This document shows, piece by piece, positions 28,701 to 36,156 of a DNA stretch of 64,000 nt. The translations under genes and the position numbers were made by a program. Numbering within the stretch: the stretch's first letter is position 1; the number at the start of each line of letters is the position of its first letter. The DNA is from Candidatus Latescibacterota bacterium. Its GTDB lineage: Bacteria > Latescibacterota > UBA2968 > UBA8231. The stretch spans positions 3,296,001-3,360,000 of the forward strand of contig OZ241362.1 of the NCBI GenBank assembly GCA_965200315.1, written 5' to 3'. The notes under the pieces are model-generated. The model worked only from the letters and a program-made list of their open reading frames with translations. It had not been told where the DNA came from and made no database searches.

Positions 28701-30650
28701 TCAATAGGCGACGGCAACGGGCCGGATATGCACTTGGCGCTGCCCGCCACTCTCGACCTCGACTTGGCAGATGTACAGACCGGGGGCCACCTGCTGGCCG
28801 GCCTCGTCTCGCCCGTCCCATTGACGCGGATGCCGACCCGCGCCATCGGCGTCTGCGTACACGCGCCGCACCAAGCGGCCGCTCAAGTCTCTCACCAGCA
28901 CCTCCACCGGCACCGGCTCGGTCACTTTGAGCAGTTCGTAGGCGATCTCCACTTGATCGTTGATCTGGTCGCCGTTGGGCGTAAACGCCTCGGTGTTCAA
29001 CGACACGGCTCCTAAAACCTTATCGTCAAGGGTCATCGCCTGTACCAAAAGTTGGTTGCCATCCACCAGTTCGGTGGCCTCGCCAGCGGCCACGAGTTGC
29101 CCGATCTCTCCCGGCGCGGTGCTGTCGATCACCCGGCCCGAAAAAATCGCGCCAAAGCGGAAAATTTCCGCACGCACATCCACTTCGAGCAGCTCGCCGC
29201 TGCGCTCGACATCCAGCCGTGGGAAACCCAAGACTACGCCGGCCTCTTCGGCCACGGCGCTGAAATCCGCCACGGGCGCACCGCTGAGGCGCACGGCCTC
29301 CACGCCGACGATCCGCCCGCCGACCAAGCGCAGGTCCAAACCGTCAAACCCTTGGTCGCCGGGTTCAATCGTCGGGCGCACTGCATAGGTGAACGTGCGT
29401 TCCTCAGCCACGGCCGCTTGCCAAGGATCGATTTCGCCGACTAGGCCGGTCACCAAGCGCGGGGAAACGGCGAATTCGAGATAGTCGAGCTGGCCGCCGG
29501 CTTGGCCGAAGGATTTGAATGCTATCCCGAACTGCACGTAGCGGTGGGAGCGCGTCGCCCGCAGGGCCACGCCCACGCTGTCAGCGAATTCATACGGCGA
29601 CGACCACAGCTCCCATTGGGCGGTGTCGTCGGTGATGGCCCCGCGCACGATCGGCCCCAAACGGCCATAGGTTTTGCGGGTCAGCAGCTTGCCGTCCTCG
29701 CCAAAGGGCACCTGCTCGTCGCCGCGGAAGGTCTTGCGCCAGTACACGAGCGGCGTCTCGTCACCGCCGGCGCGGGAGCGGATTTCCACTTGGGCCCCTT
29801 CGTCCTGCCGCCCTCTCCAGCGCACCCAGCCCAAATTAGCGAATTCGCCTAAGTCGAGAACATTGGACTGATAGGAAGCCGAGCCTTGGAAACCGCCGCC
29901 GTACACCTCCAACTCAGCTAGATCCCATATCTCATTTTGGGGCATCACGTGAATCATCAAATAGCGGATCGGCGTTCCATCGAGCTCGATATCGAGCTGC
30001 GGATTTTTGTTTTCCCGAATCTCCTCAACCACCTGCAGCTTAATGCCCTTCTTTTGGTCGGCCTCTCTCAGCGACCGACTGAGCGCACTCGCTCCAACGA
30101 ATTCAATCTGATCAACGCCGCCCCCAGCATCGGTCTGCGCGGCGACGATGACGTGGGCGACCGAGCGCTCGCTGCCCATCTGCGGAACGAAGCGGACCAA
30201 CCGCGTCGCAAAGTCGCCGCCGAGATCAAAGAAAAAAGCCGTGCCGCGGAAGGTATGGGCGTGTTCCCTCGGACGAGTTTCCAAGAAAAACGTCGTCGGG
30301 TCCCCATCGATCACCAACCGCAACTCGTCGCCGACATCTTCAAAGCCATTGTACGCGCCGTGCTGAAAATTGCCGCTGACCCCGCTCAAGGTCGTCGCCA
30401 TATTATCGCTCTCGTTGTAGAAGAACGGCGATATCTGCTCAGTGAGCGCGAGCCCAAAGCTCTCACCGCCTAAATTCTTGTCTAAGTCGGCCCAGCTCAA
30501 TTGGCGGAACTCGGCACCGGCCTCCACCTCGGCCGGAGGCAGCAAGCTCTCGCCGCCGATGCGATAGACGACCAAGGCCGCGCTGGGATGGACGCCGAGC
30601 AAAGCCAACAGGGCCGCGATGAGCCACATCGTGCGCTGCTTTTTTTTCAC
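28701..30650 (-). CDS. Exported protein with C-terminal FlgD-Ig/T9SS-CTD-like domain
   Basis: GTG 30650 after GGAGG; signal peptide; IDGDPTT; FTPNGDQIND...DLSGRLVR...WDGRD...PGLY...VAVAY. Confidence 0.82.
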   Translation of the reverse strand: MKKKQRTMWLIAALLALLGVHPSAALVVYRIGGESLLPPAEVEAGAEFRQLSWADLDKNLGGESFGLALTEQISPFFYNESDNMATTLSGVSGNFQHGAYNGFEDVGDELRLVIDGDPTTFFLETRPREHAHTFRGTAFFFDLGGDFATRLVRFVPQMGSERSVAHVIVAAQTDAGGGVDQIEFVGASALSRSLREADQKKGIKLQVVEEIRENKNPQLDIELDGTPIRYLMIHVMPQNEIWDLAELEVYGGGFQGSASYQSNVLDLGEFANLGWVRWRGRQDEGAQVEIRSRAGGDETPLVYWRKTFRGDEQVPFGEDGKLLTRKTYGRLGPIVRGAITDDTAQWELWSSPYEFADSVGVALRATRSHRYVQFGIAFKSFGQAGGQLDYLEFAVSPRLVTGLVGEIDPWQAAVAEERTFTYAVRPTIEPGDQGFDGLDLRLVGGRIVGVEAVRLSGAPVADFSAVAEEAGVVLGFPRLDVERSGELLEVDVRAEIFRFGAIFSGRVIDSTAPGEIGQLVAAGEATELVDGNQLLVQAMTLDDKVLGAVSLNTEAFTPNGDQINDQVEIAYELLKVTEPVPVEVLVRDLSGRLVRRVYADADGAGRHPRQWDGRDEAGQQVAPGLYICQVEVESGGQRQVHIRPVAVAY

Positions 30651-30662
30651 AATGGCACCTCC

Positions 30663-30699
30663 AAGAAGAAAGGGGGATGGCACTAGCCCATCCCCCCTT
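30663..30699 (-). terminator. Intrinsic terminator/attenuator-like hairpin inside the exported-protein cluster
   Basis: GGGGGATGG/CCATCCCCC stem, followed on the minus strand by TTTCTTCTT. Confidence 0.55.
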
Positions 30700-30727
30700 G
30701 TCCTTGCATCCGTAAGACGCTGCCTGC

Positions 30728-31678
30728 TTACTGAACGTAGGCAGACTTGATGCGACCCCAGCTATTCTCTTCGACCGAGGTCTCGATCGCGCTGAAATCG
30801 ACGCGCGGATCAACGGGTGCCAATAGGAAATCCGTGGCCGAAGCCGTGGTTTTCCACACGTCGCTGGCGCCCGAAAGAGACCACTGGCCGGAGTGCTCGG
30901 CATCCTGGCCAACGCCGCCGTCGGCACCGGCTACATCGCTGTCGAAGACCGCCCAGCCCAAGCCGGTGATGTCGCCCTCGTTGTAGTCGTGGATGACGCT
31001 GCCTTCCGGGTCGTTGAAGAGAAAGTCGTCCCAAGCTTGACGCCGCACCTCGATAAAGGCCGTGGCCTCGCCGCCGCCGATTTGGCCGTCCAAGCGGAAG
31101 CCGTGGTCGGCGTAGGGCAGCTCGTCGTGCCACTGCGCTTGGGTCATCCAAAACCACGACCAGCTCTCTTGTCCGTCGGGGCCGAGGTTCGGGAAGCGGG
31201 TGTGGTAGGACTGCGCCCAGCGGCCTTGGGCCAAGGTGCGCTCTTCCTCATCCTCTATGTCGGAGCTGCCGAAGCGCATCTGCTCGCCGCCGTGGTCGCC
31301 ATCGACGTGCATTTCCCAGCTATCGTCGCCGCCGGCCACGCCGCCCATGGCGTCGCGATCGTAGAAGTCGTCAAAGCGCTCCATCATAAAATAGAGGCTA
31401 TTGGTCGATTCACTCCAGCCGACGATAGTGCGGAAGTTCAAGTCGCCGAAATCGGCCGGCTTTTCTCCATTGAACGCGGTGTGATCGGCAAAGGAAATCA
31501 AGTAGTCCTCGGGCACGATCGACCATTCGGACAGATCGCCGTCCAGCGTGGGCTCAAGGCCCGCCGGCCACTGGAAAGCCGTGCGGACAGCACCCTCGGG
31601 CACATGCGCCGTAGCCGGAGCAACGACGCCCACGCACAGGGCCAGTGCGAGCAAAACAGTGATTTTCTGCAAAATCAT
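30728..31678 (-). CDS. Exported acidic protein (CBM9/DOMON-like start motif) with C-terminal WGxIK motif
   Basis: Signal peptide ATA-H; PTLDGDLSEW; ends TSVEENSWGRIKSAYVQ; AAGGAGG abuts the ATG, so the true start may be TTG 31672. Confidence 0.8.
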   Translation of the reverse strand: MILQKITVLLALALCVGVVAPATAHVPEGAVRTAFQWPAGLEPTLDGDLSEWSIVPEDYLISFADHTAFNGEKPADFGDLNFRTIVGWSESTNSLYFMMERFDDFYDRDAMGGVAGGDDSWEMHVDGDHGGEQMRFGSSDIEDEEERTLAQGRWAQSYHTRFPNLGPDGQESWSWFWMTQAQWHDELPYADHGFRLDGQIGGGEATAFIEVRRQAWDDFLFNDPEGSVIHDYNEGDITGLGWAVFDSDVAGADGGVGQDAEHSGQWSLSGASDVWKTTASATDFLLAPVDPRVDFSAIETSVEENSWGRIKSAYVQ

Positions 31679-31741
31679 CCTCCTTGGTTTTAGGTATAAC
31701 GCCCTCTGTAGTGGGACGTATCTTGTATAAAAAAATTAAAA

Positions 31742-31766
31742 AGTGAAAACAAATTTTTGTTTCACT
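31742..31766. promoter_or_regulatory. Imperfect palindrome in an AT-rich upstream region (candidate operator)
   Basis: AGTGAAAACAAA-TT-TTTGTTTCACT. Confidence 0.35.
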
Positions 31767-31808
31767 GCACTTCGGCGAGGACCTCCTTTCTCTTGCAGCG
31801 GTTGCCAT

Positions 31809-33338
31809 CTACTGAGGCATTTGCAAATACGCAATGCGGCTCTGAGCCGCCGCCAGCGCCTGCTCGTCGCCGCGCCAGTGCCGGACAAAAGCTCCGTAGG
31901 CGAGGCGCGCGGCCGCGGCCTCGCCCTGTTTTTCGTAGGCTTGGCCCAGCGCGTAGTGGGAGCGCGCATGCGTGGAATCGCGCCGCACGACCTCCTCAAA
32001 CTGGGCAATGGCCTCTGTCAAGGACTCGCGCCGGGCCAAGGCCATGCCCAATCCGTAGTACGCGTCGCGCAATTCAGCGTCGCAGGCGAGAGCGGCCCGA
32101 TAAGCACTGATGGCTTTTTCCAAGTCGCCCCGCAGAGCATGCACGTTGCCCAAGGCATTGTGCGCCTTGGCGTAGCAGGCGTCGATGTCCAAGGCGCGGG
32201 AAAACGCGGCCTCAGCCTCGGCCCAGCGCTGCTTTTGCGCGTGGGCAAAGCCCATGGTAAAATGCGCTTCGGGCGTACGCCGGCCTTGCGGCTCGTGCGC
32301 GGCGATTTTACCGGCCAAGTGCGCGGCGCGCTCGACATCGCCCTGCCGCAGATGGAGCTGGACCACCGCGGCCAGCGCGTCAACGTGCTCGGGCTCGCGG
32401 CTGAGCACCTCCTTGTACGTGCTCAGCGCGTCTGCGTAGCGCCCCAAGCGCGTCTGCGCTCGACCCAGTGCCAAGCGCGCCTCCACATTGTCGGGCTCTC
32501 TCTCCAGCACCTTTTCCAAGGTCTCTTCCCGATCAGACAAGTCGAGCAGGCCCTCTAGGCGCACGAGCATGGCTTCGGCTTCGTCGTAACGGCCCTGGGC
32601 CGAGTACAAATTCGCCAAGTCGTGGTACGCCTCGCCGTAGTTGGCGTCGAGCGCCACGGCCCGGTTGAGCACCTGCGCGGCCTCATCGTACCGCTTCTCG
32701 TTCAGGTAGAGCCGTCCCAAGTCCCGCCAGATTTCTTTGCGTTTTGGTGCCAACTCAGCCGCCTCCAGCAAAACCTCTTCCGCCCGCGCATGGCGTCCCT
32801 GCTGGCCGTAGAGCAGCGCTAGGGCCTGCCGCACGTCCACATCTTTTGGCGCGATATACAGAGCCTTCAGCAGGGCCTCTTCGGCGCGCTCGTATTGCCC
32901 CTGCTCCTTGTGCAAGAAGGCCAACAAGCGATATGAGCTAGGCGATTGAGGATCGAAGCGCAGCGCGGTTTCCGCCGCCTCTACGGCCTGCGGGTAGCGA
33001 CCTGCTTCGAGGTGGGCGATGGCCAAGTTGTGGTAGGAGGGAATATACGTCGAATCCAGCTCAATGGCCCGTGCAAAGTGCGCGGCCGCCGCCGTGCTCT
33101 TGCGCTGCAAATGCGCCAAGCCCAAGTAGAAGTGCGCGTCGCGGGACAGCGGATCGCGGCGCACAGCCTCTTGGTACACGACTGCAGCTTGGTCGTACTG
33201 CCCCTGATCCAAATAGGCCCTTCCCACTGCGAGCAGTGGATCGTCCGCTGGCGGCTCTTGCCGCGCTTCGCCACATCCTCCGATTGAGAGCGAGAAAAAG
33301 GCGAGTATGGCGATGCGATCTACGGACGAGAAGGACAT
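31809..33338 (-). CDS. Tetratricopeptide-repeat lipoprotein
   Basis: Lipobox IGGC; numerous TPR units (AHFYLG, SYHNLA, AHNALG, AYYGLG, SHYALG). Confidence 0.9.
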   Translation of the reverse strand: MSFSSVDRIAILAFFSLSIGGCGEARQEPPADDPLLAVGRAYLDQGQYDQAAVVYQEAVRRDPLSRDAHFYLGLAHLQRKSTAAAAHFARAIELDSTYIPSYHNLAIAHLEAGRYPQAVEAAETALRFDPQSPSSYRLLAFLHKEQGQYERAEEALLKALYIAPKDVDVRQALALLYGQQGRHARAEEVLLEAAELAPKRKEIWRDLGRLYLNEKRYDEAAQVLNRAVALDANYGEAYHDLANLYSAQGRYDEAEAMLVRLEGLLDLSDREETLEKVLEREPDNVEARLALGRAQTRLGRYADALSTYKEVLSREPEHVDALAAVVQLHLRQGDVERAAHLAGKIAAHEPQGRRTPEAHFTMGFAHAQKQRWAEAEAAFSRALDIDACYAKAHNALGNVHALRGDLEKAISAYRAALACDAELRDAYYGLGMALARRESLTEAIAQFEEVVRRDSTHARSHYALGQAYEKQGEAAAARLAYGAFVRHWRGDEQALAAAQSRIAYLQMPQ

Positions 33339-33627
33339 GTCGCAGATTCTCGGCGGCTAAAAACATTGCAAGTGCTTGTTGTTAAAGTAATGGTGGTCAG
33401 GTTGTTGCAGTCAAGCAGTTTACTGCCCGGTGGCATCGTCAGGTTGAATGCATTACCTTCGCTGCGGATGGTGCCCTAATCGTTGCCGATGAAGGAGCAG
33501 GAGGGAAAGCAAGACTGACCCTTTATCCGGTCTCGGGTAGTCCGCAATAGCAACAACTCTACCGCTGCCAGCTTCCTTGCGGCGGGCCCTGCACTACTCC
33601 CCATCTAATTTTGAGAAGGCTTTAGAC

Positions 33628-34788
33628 GTGCAAATACAATCCATCCGCGTAGTTGACCTCCAGATTCCGCTCAACCCGCCCAAAACCGCGCCGCGCCGCC
33701 CCTCTTGGAACCAGAGTGCGCCGCGTTCGTTGCCGATCAACAAGTATCCAGAATTCTCGCGTCTCCCCGGCCAGATGCCGGGCATGGGCGGTGGTCCGAT
33801 CTGGGTCCAGATCACCGCCGAAGACGGCACTTGGGGTTTGGGCGGCTGCTCCTTTGGCGCACCGGTTGCCGCCACCGTCGAGCAGGTTTTCGCGCCCCTG
33901 CTGACGGGCCGCGATTGTCTGGCCACGGAATTCCTCAACGACCTGATGTGGCGCACCGCTCAGCGCCTCGGTCATGCTGGGACCGCAGCCGTTGCCCAAA
34001 GCGGGATCGATCTGGCACTCTGGGACCTCAAGGGTAAGCTACTGGGGCTGCCAGTGTACCGCCTGCTCGGCGGCCCCTGCCGCGACCATATCGAACTCTA
34101 CGCCACGGGCGACGACCTCGACTGGGGCCTCGAACTGGGGTTTAGCGCCTTTAAGGTTACTAATCCGGTTCACTACCGCGAGGGCCAGGAAGGACTCAAC
34201 CGCCTCGAAGACAAAATCACCCAAGCGCGCGAGACCATTGGCCCGGACTGCGAATTGATGCTCAACGCGGTCATGTCGTACAACGTCGAATACGCCATCC
34301 AAGTCGCCGAGCGGCTCAGGCCCTATCAGATGCGCTGGATTGAGGAGCCGCTGATTCCCACGGATCTCGAAGGCCACATCGCGCTCAAACGAGCCGCTCC
34401 GTACGTGCCCATTGCCACCGGCGAGGACCACCACGGCCGTCAGGCCTTCCGCCAGCTAGTTGAACACCGCTGCGTCGATGTGCTGCAACCGGATCTCAAG
34501 TGGTGCGGCGGTTTCTCCGAGGCGGTCAAGATCTATTACATCGCCGAAGCCGCCGGTCTTGTCACCATTCCCCACGGCGGTGCCAACACGGCCTACGGAC
34601 AACACTTCGCCTTTGCCTTTCCCGAGTCGCCGATGGCCGAGTACTGGCTCGGCTCGCCCCCGGGCATTCCCCTAAACGAAGTCCCCGTCATACCGGGCAC
34701 AGCCGTGCCCCAAAATGGGCGCATGGTCCCTTCGGACGCGCCGGGTTTTGGCATGGAAATAGCAGACGAGTGGATAGTACCGCGCTGA
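33628..34788 (+). CDS. Enolase-superfamily acid-sugar dehydratase (L-rhamnonate dehydratase-like)
   Basis: SGIDLALWDLKGK, LLGG, WIEEPL, ATGED, LQPD, PHGG; GTG start 33628. Confidence 0.85.
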   Translation: MQIQSIRVVDLQIPLNPPKTAPRRPSWNQSAPRSLPINKYPEFSRLPGQMPGMGGGPIWVQITAEDGTWGLGGCSFGAPVAATVEQVFAPLLTGRDCLATEFLNDLMWRTAQRLGHAGTAAVAQSGIDLALWDLKGKLLGLPVYRLLGGPCRDHIELYATGDDLDWGLELGFSAFKVTNPVHYREGQEGLNRLEDKITQARETIGPDCELMLNAVMSYNVEYAIQVAERLRPYQMRWIEEPLIPTDLEGHIALKRAAPYVPIATGEDHHGRQAFRQLVEHRCVDVLQPDLKWCGGFSEAVKIYYIAEAAGLVTIPHGGANTAYGQHFAFAFPESPMAEYWLGSPPGIPLNEVPVIPGTAVPQNGRMVPSDAPGFGMEIADEWIVPR

Positions 34789-34791
34789 GGC

Positions 34792-35220
34792 ATGGCTGAG
34801 CAGTTCGATTTATCCACCAGCCCCGGCTCTGGCCAGCGCCTAGTTTTTGCCCTGTTGGGCATTGGCCAGTTGGTGTTGAGCACCATTGCCTTCCAGCGCG
34901 GCGGCTTCGCGTATGGACTCGTGGTAATCGGCGGCGGAATCGCGGCGTTTTGCGCGGCGGTTTTCTTCGTCCACCGCCTCCATCGGCGCTTGGTCTGGCT
35001 GGGACCGGAGGGCGTTATGGTCGAGGAGGGTCTGTTTGGCCGGCAGACGCTGGCGTGGGCCGAGGTCAAAAAGGTGAGCCTGTCGCCGGCTGCGACCGTG
35101 TTCCACGCGGAGACGGGCGAGGATATAGTCCTCCATAATCCGGCCAATCAACCGCGAGACATCGCTCCGTTTTTAAGGCGGTTGCGCACCTTGGTAGATG
35201 AGCGCGAACTGAATAGCTGA
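34792..35220 (+). CDS. Small membrane protein (two TM helices plus soluble domain)
   Basis: Two hydrophobic segments; 3 bp from the upstream stop; its stop codon lies inside the MITE TIR. Confidence 0.65.
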   Translation: MAEQFDLSTSPGSGQRLVFALLGIGQLVLSTIAFQRGGFAYGLVVIGGGIAAFCAAVFFVHRLHRRLVWLGPEGVMVEEGLFGRQTLAWAEVKKVSLSPAATVFHAETGEDIVLHNPANQPRDIAPFLRRLRTLVDERELNS

Positions 35221-35456
35221 TGTTACGCACAGGTATAGGTATGGGGTGTGGGATGCTTCGACTCCGCTTTGCTCCGCTAAGCATGACCGGCATGGGAACG
35301 AGCCGATGGCCGGAGCCGGCCCCTAGCCAACGGGCCGAGGGGTTGGGTTGGATTCCCGCTCCGTGTCGGGGCACGGGGTGACGTTCTTGCGCGGGAATGA
35401 CAAAGGGGAAGCGGCAGGAAGCGTCACAGGCTATTACGAAGACTGCGTAACGTCAG
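35217..35456. mobile_element. MITE-like element (240 bp) containing REP-like palindromes
   Basis: TIRs CTGATGTTACGCA (35217-35229) and TGCGTAACGTCAG (35444-35456), 12/13 match; TAG on both flanks; internal GGATGCTTCG...AGCATGAC and GGATTCCCGC...GCGGGAATGAC. Confidence 0.65.
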
Positions 35457-35468
35457 TAGCAAAGTAAA

Positions 35469-35503
35469 GCCGCCACCGGGTCGCATTCCGGTGGCGGCGT
35501 TTT
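35469..35503. terminator. Probable bidirectional intrinsic terminator
   Basis: Perfect 11-bp stem GCCGCCACCGG/CCGGTGGCGGC, A-rich left flank, TTTT right flank, between convergent genes. Confidence 0.75.
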
Positions 35504-35532
35504 GTTGCGCCGCGATCTGGTCCCGATTGCAG

Positions 35533-35967
35533 CTAATCGGTTACTTGTTCGGCGGCCGCGAGGTGGGTTTTGATTTTGCCGACGATCTCAGCCGCGGCGT
35601 TTTGCTTGGTCACCGTTTCCAGCAGGGTGTGGTCTTGGGCGTTGATGAGCAAGACGAGGCCGGTTTTGTTGTTGGCCTTGAAGTGCTCTTCTAAGTCGAG
35701 GGCCGCGGCGAGCAGGCGGGCTTGGGATGTCAACGTTGAGTCGGTGACGTCCAATTGGACGAAGAGGACGGGCTGATCGGCCACTCCGGCTTGGACTTCT
35801 TCGAGAATTGGCACGAGGGCCGTGCAGGCTCCGCACCAATCGGCGTGGACTTTGACCACGTACAAAGCGGGGTCGCCTTCGCCTTCTATCGGAACGGTGC
35901 CGGCGAGAGTGGGGGCTGGGGCTAGCAAAAAGGCCAAGGCGGTGAGCGCGAGGACGAATTTCAGCAT
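35533..35967 (-). CDS. Exported thioredoxin-family protein
   Basis: Signal peptide MLKFVLALTALAFLLAP; HADWCGAC; AAGGAG RBS. Confidence 0.88.
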   Translation of the reverse strand: MLKFVLALTALAFLLAPAPTLAGTVPIEGEGDPALYVVKVHADWCGACTALVPILEEVQAGVADQPVLFVQLDVTDSTLTSQARLLAAALDLEEHFKANNKTGLVLLINAQDHTLLETVTKQNAAAEIVGKIKTHLAAAEQVTD

Positions 35968-35981
35968 GATTTGCTCCTTTA

Positions 35982-36068
35982 GAAGCGGTCTGAAAATTGC
36001 GGAACGGCCGAGTGCAGCGGTTTTCGCGGGCGAGACGCCTCGATCCCAGCGAATGTTCAGACCGCTTC
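35982..36068. mobile_element. 87-bp MITE-like element
   Basis: Perfect 13-bp TIRs GAAGCGGTCTGAA/TTCAGACCGCTTC with TTA on both flanks. Confidence 0.65.
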
Positions 36069-36156
36069 TTAGAAAAGTGATGGTGTGGTCGGGCAAAGTG
36101 AGTTCGTTGAAAGACGTTCTGACTTGCCAAGGGGTTCCGCGATCTTGAACTGTTGG

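Noticed and set aside
24019-30650. Flagellar hook-cap (flgD) genes
   Set aside because: Only the C-terminal Ig-like domain resembles FlgD; the proteins have Sec signals and there are no flagellar genes nearby.
33455-33602. Assignment as yybP-ykoY riboswitch, SRP RNA or c-di-GMP-I riboswitch
   Set aside because: Only partial motif echoes; core elements of each are missing. Kept only as a low-interest unassigned finding.
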